DNA of 61,047 nucleotides, counting the filler, from Sphacelaria rigidula (taxonomy: Eukaryota), in the NCBI GenBank assembly GCA_964200075.2. It is 7 parts of 7 records of this genome, joined end to end, with 100 filler letters (N's around TTAATTAATTAA, not from the genome) between each part and the next. Parts side by side here need not be neighbours in the genome. Positions count along the whole stretch, not along the records: positions 43,678 to 52,312 come from CAXNAA020010530.1; positions 52,413 to 61,047 come from CAXNAA020010531.1; 5 more parts are not named here. One strand, 5' to 3'. The translations under genes and the position numbers were made by a program. Each line of letters starts with the position of its first letter. Positions within the stretch are counted from its first letter, which is position 1. This document shows, piece after piece, positions 50,478 through 61,047 of this stretch. The notes beneath the pieces are model-generated. The model made no database searches. It worked only from the letters and a program-made list of their open reading frames with translations, and was not told the DNA's origin.

Positions 50478-51905
50478 AGGGTTAACCCCCTTGACCACGA
50501 TGCAGGTAGTTTATCTGGATCACCCTCACTTTTTTCAAGTAAATATTGATGCCGAGTCAGTAGGTGGACTACCCGCATCGCCGTGCAAGGGTTAATCCCT
50601 GGACGGCGAGTAGGTAATCTGTTGTGTAGGCATGACTTTCCCTTGAATAAAGTATAATTTATTCAGATGGACTGCCCTCGAGGTCAAAGGGTTGACCCTT
50701 CGACCGCGAGGGTAGTTCATCTGGACCATGCATTATTTTTCCATATTAAATTGATGCCGATTCAACGGGTGACCTACTCTCGCTGCCCAAGGGTTTACCC
50801 TCAGGCCGCGATGTGGGTAGTCCATTTGGATTACAGATACTTTTTCAAGTGAAATTGACGGCAATTCAGCAGGCGACCTATGCGGGGTCAAACCTTAGAC
50901 CGCGATGCGGGTAGTCTATCTGGATCACGCATCCTTTTTCAAGTGAGTATTGATGCCGATTCAGCAGGTGACCTACCCTCGCGGTTCGCGGCCAAAGGGC
51001 TAACCCTAAGACCGCGAGGAGGATAGTCCATCTGGATCACGCATCACGCACCCTTTTTCAAGTAGAATTGGTGCCGATTCAATGGGTGACGTACTCTCGC
51101 TGTCTAGGGTCAAGATCCGAATGTCGATGTTCGCACTCAAATCCAATGAGAAAAATCCAGGAAAAATCCATCCGACGACGTGGTAAACTCTGCTGGTCAC
51201 ATGATGGTGTCACACGTTGAAGAACCCCGAGTCTGACCCGTGCGTGCGTACGTGGGCTTGTTAACCATACCTGGGGACTCATTTTTCTCAACGACTGTAA
51301 CTCGAGTCAGACCTTCTGGCGTATGCGGCTCCGAGTCGTCGGCTCTATTTTCTAAACGATTTCTCACTGACAAACATGCGTGTCGTCAGTTTTTCGGATG
51401 ACTCAGATGACCGAGGTCGCTGCGAGTCATGGCGCCATTTGACAATGTCCTCGCTACTTGGGGCCCCCTAGGCGGCGAGAGTACGTCATCTGATGAATCG
51501 GCATCGATTTAACTTGAATGAAGTATGCATGATCCAGATGGACCGAGACCAAAAAAAGGAGCGGAGAATGAAACAAGTGTCCACGAGCAGCATGCTGATT
51601 GGTCGACGGGTGGGCCTATGGTTGCGGCGACCAATCAACATGTTTTTGCTTTTGTACGCTTGTTTCGTTCTACGCTTCTTTTTTGTTGGTCCCCTTAACT
51701 CTTAGACCGCGAGGGTAGTCTATCTGGATCATGCATACTTTTTTTAATTGAAATGGATGCTGATTCAGCAGATGACCTACTCTCGCTGCCTAAGAGTTCA
51801 TCCTTGGACCACCAGGGTAGACCATCTGGATCGTGCATACCTTGTTCAAGTGAAATCGATGCCGATTCAACAGATGACCAATGCTGGTCGTCTAAGGGTT
51901 AAGAG
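50478..51905. repeat. Tandem array of about 100-bp self-complementary units
   Basis: Units start near 50493, 50602, 50702, 50804, 50898, 51010, 51705 and 51807; an inverted partial unit at 51494-51545; another reverse copy at 34740-34842. Confidence 0.9.
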
Positions 51906-53240
51906 GCCACCCTCGGGATCGCCTAGGACACCCATGAGGCAGTTTATAAGTCGTGGCTGTCTCTGAAAGTGGCGATACCAGAAAGTGAAGCAACTCATTG
52001 TAGGCTGACATCTAAATGCAAGATGAGCAGTAGGCTTTGAACCGAACAATCTTGGCGGAATGCGGCTAACCTGTCATGCGACTCACCGAACATATCACGG
52101 TGCTTCGCGCTTGGTGATTGATTGCGAGCCTAGTCCGGCGAAAACCCGACGTGCTCCGTCCCGGATTTGTAGGGATGCAAGGTCAACGGTCTTGTAACTG
52201 TGACATTCATGATCATGAGTACACCCCCCCCCCCCCTAGGGATCGTCTCTGGAAGTGGCGATACCACAGACTAAAGCAACTCATCGTTGGCTGTCATCCA
52301 AATGCAAGATAANNNNNNNNNNNNNNNNNNNNNNNNNNNNNNNNNNNNNNNNNNNNTTAATTAATTAANNNNNNNNNNNNNNNNNNNNNNNNNNNNNNNN
52401 NNNNNNNNNNNNCTTCTGGGCAATCAGGCCGAAGAAATCGTGAATTTGGTGATTTTGAGTCGTGATGATTTGTCCTAACCGTGAAATGAAGCAACACAGA
52501 ATGTCTAGGGCGGTAAAACTACTTGGATGCGCGAGGGGCGTACGCCGCGACTGCTGAACCATCCACTGCGCAGCGTGCTGGTCTTCTCCAAAGAAGAGGA
52601 AGGGCGGGGCACTATCGGGATTGTCGAGCCAATAGATGCTCACCCGCATTTGTCAGCCTTTTTCTCACGTACTGGGGCTGTGCTGCAGTGCGTCTTATAC
52701 TATGACCACTGGTACTTTTTTCTCACTCAGATCGTTTTCATCAAGTGAAAGCTTGTGGGTCCTTATTTTTCATCGAAGTTGTCGAAGAGCCAAAGCTTTC
52801 GCCTCGTCGTACGGGAACGCAGAAAATGCTGGATCTTGAAGTGCATATGTTGGCCCCTCGGAAATGTCTGGGGCGTAAAAAGACGGTCAGAGGACTAGGC
52901 CACCCCAGACTGACGTCATGAACTGTCTGGCCTGTATTATATGTGACGGTTTCCGCACAGTTGTACGATTGTGGTGCACGCACTTTGACTGTAAAATCAA
53001 GGAAAAAGGAGCGCAAAGTTTCATGGCCAAATCATGGCCTCTACAGAATAGCCGTAGGCCACTTTCGTGTGTAACATCATCATTTTTTTCTGATAAGTTC
53101 CTATGTGGCCCTTCGACGACATACTTTGCGACAACGTAGTGTCTTCGGTTACGCCGCATGTAAATGTTTGATTTCACTCTGCATGGTAGGGGGACTCCGG
53201 TGCGAGCTGGGTCAGCCTAGAAGTGGATTCGTAGTTTGCA

Positions 53241-53508
53241 GGCGAATTCGCGATTTTTTAACTTGGAGTTGAACCCTGAATTTTGGTATGGGCAATCAGC
53301 AAGGCATGAAAAAAATATATGCGCGGGATTTCAATTTTTTTTTTTTGTGATTCAAGGGTGTTTTACTAAAACCTGAAAATTGATGATTGCCCTCAAGTCA
53401 TGAAAAAAAAACTCTTTGGGACCCCGCACACTTGTCTTTTTAATGCCTTGCTGATTGTCCATACCAAATTTCATGGTCTAACTCCAAGTAAAAAATTGCG
53501 AATTCGCC
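53241..53508. mobile_element. Foldback MITE-like palindrome, family A copy 2
   Basis: ggcgaattcgc...acttggagttgaaccctgaattttggtatgggcaatcagcaaggcat pairs with atgccttgctgattgtccataccaaatttca...aactccaagt...gcgaattcgcc. Confidence 0.85.
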
Positions 53509-56051
53509 TTTTGAAAACCGGGCCGGTGGAAATTCGGTTCAGTATTTTGCAGGCCGTTTACCGGCCCACGTTTGGTGTTTGTGTATTGAAACTTTGTGCG
53601 GAACCTCGCTACGTCATGATGAACGAAGAAAAATGGATCAGGTTGGTTTTAATTTGTTGTTTTAGAATGGTAACGACCATTTTTTTACGAGAACGCCCGA
53701 ACCTCTCCCCTCCTCTTGAAGACCCCTTTTTTTTATTCAGCATACCTTTATCGTCTTCCATGCTAAGTTTCAAATCACAATTCTGAAAATTGAGCTGAAA
53801 AATTGAGAAAAAGCCCGAAAGCAATGGTGATTTATACTCAAAACTCCCCAAAAAACATTGAAAACAATGAAAAACAATGAAAAGGCTGTTTTTGTTTTCT
53901 TCATCATGAACTAGCGGTTCTCAACCCCAAATTTCATAGCACAACTCTCAAGAACCCAGACGCGATATCCAGATTTAGGGCATCTAGTACCTCTGCTCGT
54001 CGTATATTGATTATAGTTTGGAACCTTATGTGCGCCATATCTCGAGATAGATCACGAATTAGGTAAAGATGAGGGTGCCTATCGTCTCTCCGTGCTCCAG
54101 GGAATGTCCACATCAATAATCGTCATCATCCGCTGAAAGCATCGTTCGGGGTTTCACATAGATTTTAGTGTAGACGCTGTCTTTGTACGGTACAGGAATT
54201 GCTAGACATGAGGTTTATTCAACGAGAAAAAATTGGCCTAGATTTTTTTTAGCAGACGGGCACCTTCCCCTTGATGAGACGATTAATACGATATGCGGAT
54301 CACGGCCCAACTCGTCTGTGTCGTTGAGATATTACGTTGAGAGCTTAAATCCGTTTTTAGGCTGGCCCAGCTCGTATACTTCGGCGGTTTGGGGAGGACG
54401 TTGTTTGACTTGACGCCAGAAAACAAAAAGTCGTGCAACCCATAGTGCGGTCCCCCGAGATGTTGGGGTCTTCTAACTTTCGGAAGTTTCGTTCTGAATT
54501 CTTGGTCCGAGGTCACACTGCGCGCACCAATGATAACTGAAATGGGCCGTGACTCCCTCGCACGTGGACGGGAGAAAACAGGGTTTTCGGTATATTGAGA
54601 TTCCGGCGTTTGGTTGAAAGTGAAACCCGAGAAATCGGAACTCCTGATCCGTTCATCGACTGGCGTTTCTTGGGGAATATTCCGCCGAGCTCGGCGAGGA
54701 GCGGCTCCAATGAAAGCTCTTGCACGTGGGATTAATCCAGCGTGTATATTTTATTTGTATTTCATCAGTCTCGTCAATCAGGAGAAATCCAGAGCTCAGT
54801 ATTTAAAAAAATGGTCCAGTCATGCCTGAAACAGTTTCGATTCCAACATGCCCCTCGAGTCGCTCTACGATAACTTGTACTCTCTCTACAGTAGCATATC
54901 ACTGAAGCCTCTGATATCTCTGACTAGGATATCGACGTGTAGCTGTCAGCACACGACAATGTCACAGTCAAAATACACGTACACAACGATTTTAAGGATT
55001 TCTCAAGTTAGGGCAAATGATGAAACCCATTCTCAAGTAATGCCAGACTCAAATCCGGCGAAAATCCCGTCACTAGCGCTGCCGTTTCATCACGTTCCCT
55101 CTCCAAGTAAAGATGGCAAACAAGTGATCACTAATATCTACATTCTGCTCGTGCGCTCAAAAGCCCCGCCCGTAAGATGTGTCCTCAAGATACCACACAC
55201 ACTCTCACCCTCCACCCGCGGCCGAAAAGAGAGGCTTTTCGTACACAAGACACTTGTATCTGGAACGACACGCTTTCGAACACAAGACGGTACATGATGG
55301 CGCGAAGTCTACAAATGATGAGGCAAGCCACGTGTCTGCCGGGCGAGATGTTGCGGCGACTGCATACAAGGACACGGAGCACGTGATATACGCCAAACCA
55401 GTTGACGGAGGAAATTTTGAGGTGGCAACGGCCCGATTCATGCTCGTGTTGGTTCGATGCTCTCCCCTGTCCCCTGCTCCGCCGCAAACACCCACTCTAT
55501 CGCTACGCGTATGCGAGGGATGTCGTCGCGGAATCACAACATTACAATATTTCTAACAGAGCACAGGAGCGTAGTAAAGGATGAAATCCATCAATCGTTT
55601 TTTTCCCTTCCTCAGAAGTGTCCCTCTTCATTCGAGCAAGCGTCGGGAGTTAGTACCACAGAAATCCACGCCGCAACGCTAGACGTTGAAATCGAGTTTT
55701 TTCTTAGCCCCAGCCTGCACTGGTGACAATACAAGGAAACAAGTCAACGCACGCACGGAGCGGTACCGACAAACACATCAGCACGAGGCTGTGATTTCTT
55801 CACGGGATACATTGTTCTTTCACGTGTCCCCCAATCTCAGGATACAACGTTCGAAGAAAGAAACAAAACAGTAATCTGTCTGCGCGAGCAGGTTCCATAG
55901 ACGAGGAAAATGGGCAAAGTTGGACGCCCTCATCCAGCGGGGTATGTGTATACATAAAAATGAAGATCAAACTGAAGATAAAGACCTGTCGACATTGATT
56001 CGCGTACTCAAGTACAAGTACATACCCCCCCCCCCGCCGTCCTGCCCTCCT

Positions 56052-56245
56052 TCAGTCATCCTTGGTGGCAGCTTCCTCCTTGGAAGCTCTCAATTCTCTT
56101 GTCGACACCTCTATATCATCGACCATATCCATGAGTTTGTGCCGCAAAAGCGGGTCGGCACCGTCCATCTTGTTGACGTCTGACAGAGTATTCTCCACCA
56201 GTTTCCCAAATTGATCGACCTGCTTCTCTTCGAAGTCTCCCAAAA
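56052..56245 (-). CDS. Unknown 437-aa protein, exon 5 (stop TGA)
   Basis: tgcag acceptor, phase 1; VLGDFEEKQVDQFGKLVENTLSDV...ADPLLRHKLMDMVDDI...KDD*. Confidence 0.85.
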
Positions 56246-56704
56246 CTGCACACGCGCACGACAACACACATTCGGTTTGTGTGTGCTTACATAGTGATGG
56301 CAAGAACAGATATTTAGTGCACGGAGCAAGTATTTCCACGTTAACGAGGGTACTGTAGCAGCTCCATCTCTTTCCTTTACCGAGGCAGACTGCCATGACC
56401 TCTACTTCGCGTGGATGTACCACCATTTGTTTTCATGGCAATAACTACTCGTAGTCCTACAGAGCGCGCAACACAAGTACGTGTATGTTATTACAGATGC
56501 ACCCTTTTATTCCACCTTTTTTTCCCTCTCTCAACCTCGTCGCCAGTACATTACGGTGTTATGATCTTCAACTATCTATCCTCCATGCCCAACCAACGTG
56601 AAGTCATCTCAAGTCCCTCACTCCCCCCCTCTTCACACACACCCGGTGCTCGTTTTAGTTCAAAATATCTCGTTTTTTCCATGCGTCAAGAACCCAGTCA
56701 TCAC

Positions 56705-56918
56705 CTTCTCTCAGCGCGGCGCGCATCATGTAGCGATCATCGTAGCTCAGCAGACGGGAGAGAACGGCCACATCCTCTCCGAACATGAGGTCCACCTGAG
56801 CACAAACCCGCACACGTACAATCTTCATCACGTTTAGCACCTCTTGGGCCTCCCCCGCCCCGGGACTCTTTTCACTTTTCTCCAGCCTCTCAATCTCTGC
56901 GTTCAGGTACTTGACAAA
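56705..56918 (-). CDS. Unknown 437-aa protein, exon 4
   Basis: Polypyrimidine plus cag|FVKYLNAEIERLE...EDVAVLSRLLSYDDRYMMRAALRE G|gtgatg; 214 bp. Confidence 0.85.
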
Positions 56919-57250
56919 CTGGAGGGAAGCAAGGCACGTGGGGAGGCCGGGCAGAAAGAGGAGGGAGGAGCGGGGCAGGTGGGAGAAGGCTTCGCCGAAG
57001 ACGAACAATCGATGAGCTACACAAAGACGTTATTCGTGGTCATCCCTCGGCAGCGAAAGAGACATCGAAGCGCACGGGCGACCCGCCGAACTGTCTCTCA
57101 TCGAAATCGTCAACTCCACACAACACTACATGCGGCGAGAATACGCCGCCCACGGGATGCGATATCAAAACACACAACAAACGAACGTGTGAGCTGCCAT
57201 CAAACCGTCTTCCGCACAGTCACCCATTTAATGTGTCCCCTTTTGTTCAC

Positions 57251-57332
57251 CTGATACGAGAACTTGTCCTCTAGCTCTATCATCTTCGCCTCAAACTGCT
57301 CCGGTCCAACTTTGGCCGTTTCGATAATATCC
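57251..57332 (-). CDS. Unknown 437-aa protein, exon 3
   Basis: cag|G DIIETAKVGPEQFEAKMIELEDKFSYQ|gtgaac; 82 bp, phase 2/0. Confidence 0.85.
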
Positions 57333-58530
57333 CTGATGCATACGAGCCAAGGGCCCCCGCGGAAGGAAGACGGTGGGAACGAAACGCTTCTCAGCCTGAC
57401 CCCATCGAATATCCACGAGAGTGAGTATTGCTCACAAGAGACGGACACTGCAGTTATTGCTCGCGTTACTGCCGCACACTACGCTAGTGCAACAGTAAAC
57501 GCATGTTTACACTTCAAGACCTTCACGGAATGTAGAGGACAACGGCGCGCAAGCTAGCGGTGGTTCAAAGTCAGGCATGCGGCCTGTTCTTCGTCTTTAC
57601 ATGTGGCCGAGGTGTACTTTTTTACTCCGTTTGATGTACGCACATAACTCCTTCCCTGCGGAGACAAGGCTGCAAGCGCAGAGCGGGTTCGTGGGAGATG
57701 CATCCCGTGGTCGAGTGCAGAGCCCTTCGCTCACGACAAGCACTCGTGTTACTCTGAATTTCTGCTGGCGATACGGAGAAGAAGCGGAGATATCCCAGAT
57801 ATTCGAGGTGCCAGGCATGGTCAGATCTCCGAAACTGAATTCGGTTCTTGTGTTGAGAGTAGAACATGCTAGTGGACTCGGAGCAAATATGTACACTACT
57901 TTCGAGAGTTTGGTACGACTCGATCGCCAGTCAGAAGATCGAACTCATGTGAACAAGAAAACAGTGGCGGGGCTGATTCTTGGAGTTCCTAGGGAGGATG
58001 TTGCACCTTATGAAATAAAATGGGTGTAGGAACAAATCAGTTCAAAGAACGAGTTGCCTATGTACGTTGCTCCACTTCTGCCACTAATGCAGCTGCTTGC
58101 CGAGGCCTTTATCGTACTTTCATGGTGCTTCACGGCCGACACATGAAATAATCATGTAACGCAAACAGATCCGGAGGGCAGTGTGCGTATGTATGTGTGG
58201 CGGCGCTGATAAATACGCCACTTCGTGGGTCTGCACATATCACTGCAGGTACAGCATAGGGTTGCGAGAGTAGTCACTACCTGGTCTGGGTGATGCGATG
58301 TGAAAGGGTCGGGTTATTTTCAGGGTTTTTACCGTTCTCGGTGTATGTGGGCACGCTTGAATTACTGAGTCAGGTTCGTGCGTCAGTGCCCGTTAGTCCT
58401 ACTCGTTGATCACAGCTGCTCCTAGTAGTGGCACAGGTATAAACACTCATAGAAAAGGACCCTTGGGGTAGTTGAGGGAAAGTTCATCGATTGAAAGCTG
58501 CAACAGGGTTCAAAACAAAAATTATTTCAC

Positions 58531-58653
58531 CTGAGGATCTCGCGGTTCTCCTTCTGCATTGCCATTGTGTTCTCCACCACCCCTTCCAAAAACGACACGA
58601 TGAAGTCGTAGGCATTGTGCAGCACTCTTATACGAGATATGGTCGGCTCTTGC
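58531..58653 (-). CDS. Unknown 437-aa protein, exon 2
   Basis: tag|G QEPTISRIRVLHNAYDFIVSFLEGVVENTMAMQKENREIL AG|gtgaaa; 123 bp, phase 2/2. Confidence 0.85.
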
Positions 58654-59287
58654 CTATGCAGCAAGAAACGAGGAAAGGAACGCGCACGCGATTTTGAAAC
58701 TATTAGCGAAACGAAACAAGTGCTAAAATCGTTATGGCGACAGTTATAAGAGCACACGGCTCCTAATGGATGAGCACATACAGTGCCTCACCAACATCGC
58801 GCAATGTGTGATGGCACCGAGTTACAGTTTCAAGAAATTTGGTGGCTACAGGCGGACGGAGCTTGTTCGCAAAACGGTTCCACACAAATTTGCGCACCAA
58901 TGGTGTAGTCGCACCCGTAAATCGCTACAAACACCACCAATTTCAGCACGGCACGCGCGTCACTCTTCTGCTGCCCATAGAACACATCTTCAAGCAAAAG
59001 TGAAGACGATAATCGTGACGAAATGTACCACGACATGTCCGGCAAGAACGGGGTGCTCTGATATCAACCGACGCTTTTGGCTGAGCTCTCGTTTGCTGCG
59101 CCTTTTTATGATATTAACCGCGAGCAACTACTGTACGGCACTGTATTGTCGTTGATGTAATCCTGTTGTCGCTGCAGACACTGTTGACCACAGAGAAGGG
59201 CGAAAAACAAGGGGACATGCAGCTCCGTGGTGAGAAAAACTTCGCGGTTCTGGAGTAGATAAAATTTTCAAAGCAGCAACCACCCAC

Positions 59288-59988
59288 TTGATCAAGTCGT
59301 TCGTGAGTCGCGTCACATCAACGGACAATAAAAATTCCACGTGTTGCGTGAGTGTCGAGGGTAGGTCCGCCTCCGCCTCGCAGCCCAACACGTCATCCAT
59401 GATATTGCTAAATTTCACCCGGTCGGAGTACGTGGGCTCTCCGAACGGTGAAGTGGGTGGGGGATCGGCCCCGCTCCACGGGACGCTACCCTCCTGTCCA
59501 CCGTCGATCAACCTGGGCTTACTTTTCTCGTCAACGCCAGCCGAAGCTACGGGAACGTGCTCCCGGGGGCGCTTCGTGTTTCGCCGACGTTGTGGTTTGC
59601 TTCGCGGGAGCTGCTGTTGGGGATCTGTTTTGTTGATGTCATCGCTGCCTGCGTTGCCTGTCGTCTCCGCCGCCGCCGCCGCTAACGGACCTGTTGTCTC
59701 GCTGTTGGAATGCGGCGGACGTCTCCGGAGAGGGGACGATCGGGGATGCCCATAAGGACGATTTTGGATGAGCAGCGGTTTTCGCAGTGTTCGCCAAGCC
59801 GGTAGTACTCCTGGCTGAGGGACAGATCCCTCCCGACGAAGGTGCGGCGGAATAAAGTTGGCAGGAGAGGGGCACCACGGAAAGGAGTGGAGCACAGTCA
59901 GAATTGACACCTTGACCGCGTGACTGAAACAAAAACAGCGGATTGCCGGAAAGTTGAGGCTAAAGTACGAAGACATTAACACGCCCAT
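59288..59988 (-). CDS. Unknown 437-aa protein, exon 1 (possible signal plus transit peptide)
   Basis: Open frame from ATG 59988 (MGVLMSS...) to LTNDLI AA|gtgggt, phase 2, matching exon 2; start codon uncertain because the ATG directly follows a cag acceptor-like site. Confidence 0.7.
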
Positions 59989-61047
59989 CTGCGCGAACAG
60001 GAAGGATGGGTGAGCATTTGTACAGAAACTAGTGTAGGGGAAATCTCGAAAACTTTGAAAACCACGTGGGGTGTACTTGTTCCCTGCATAATAACAGTCC
60101 AGCAGCATGCACCAGTGTACAGTCGCTACCCCTACTACTGCTACGATACATCCAAACAAACCAGTGTTTCCTGAATATGCTCGGGCAGTCGCGCTATCTG
60201 GAGAAGCGCTCGCACATCTCAAGCATGTTTTTGTTAGGGTTCATCTCACATAGTGTGAGCTGTATAGTTCGTCTTTCAAACCAGTAGCTACACGCAGCTG
60301 TACGGTCAGTGAGTGTTACCGCACTCCACTGCTGCACACATAGTCTCTGCTGCTTGTGCGCCACCTCAACGTTCATCAGTAAGTGCTCAACCACCGTGTT
60401 TCTTGGCAAGCGATAGGGGCAGATTGAGTGCACAACAGCAGATCCCCGGGTGTTTGAATGGCCTGATGGTCGTGTTGAAATGGTGCCCAAGCAGTCCTGT
60501 ACTGGAGCATAATCCTAGATTTAATTTGTCATATGCTAATTCCGCTTGTTTTCTGCATCATTGTGCGGTCCGTGGATCCTCAAAGATGTCCCGCCCCTCG
60601 CTCATTAAAGGTACCCCTGTCCCCCGTGTTCATTCACGGGATCGTCAGCGAAATTACTGTTTCAAGACGAGAGTCGCAGTCAAAGCTTCGCGGAGCTGAC
60701 CATCCAGGGAGTTCAGCAGGTTGGTGTTGGCCACCTGTATCCAAACTGCATACCAAGCTATTCCTGCTTGGAGGATGTATCAACTTGTTTTGGCTATCCT
60801 GTGCTATACGACACGATGCGCACTAGTTAAAAGTACAGTACGAATGTACGGTACTGGTTTACCGTATCTGCGGAGTTTGATACGAGGTGCGCCATACTGT
60901 GTTACACTGTGCCACTTTTCCATGACACTGGTCGCACGCAGCAGGTGGCACCACCGCACTGAAGTGTACACTATTTCAAGGGTCGGACAAATAATGATTC
61001 GTCTGGAAATTACTTGGTTTTAGTATCATGGGTCGACTCGTGACGAA

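Noticed and set aside
50478..51110. CRISPR-like appearance of the periodic palindromic array
   Set aside because: No unique spacers, units are diverged along their whole length, no cas genes, eukaryotic context.
57577..58029. 150-aa plus-strand ORF in an intron
   Set aside because: No recognisable motif; antisense within an intron of the minus-strand gene, likely chance or TE debris.

Overview
Eukaryotic, gene-poor and transposon-rich scaffold; the exon/intron style and repeat families suggest a brown alga (Phaeophyceae; inference). Seven contigs are joined by six artificial 100-bp N-TTAATTAATTAA-N linkers. Three host genes can be rebuilt from GT-AG exons with consistent phases: NOP9-like (+, 22745-25151, 3' exon(s) not found), kinetochore SPC25-like (-, 42931-35409, five small exons, last exon not found) and a complete 5-exon, 437-aa unknown protein with a possible plastid-targeting presequence (-, 59988-56052). 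The rest is mobile DNA: a full-span chromodomain Ty3/Gypsy element with its RT core deleted (249-4554), a LINE endonuclease fragment, tRNA-derived SINEs, an intron-containing DUF7869-like transposase pseudogene, many MITE/foldback palindromes and a possible Helitron 3' end. The most unusual structure is a tandem array of ~100-bp self-complementary units joined by AAGGGTTAACCCTT-type palindromic linkers (50478-51905, with a further copy at 34740-34842). I found no convincing novel protein-coding system, CRISPR array, viral insert, rRNA or intact tRNA gene.
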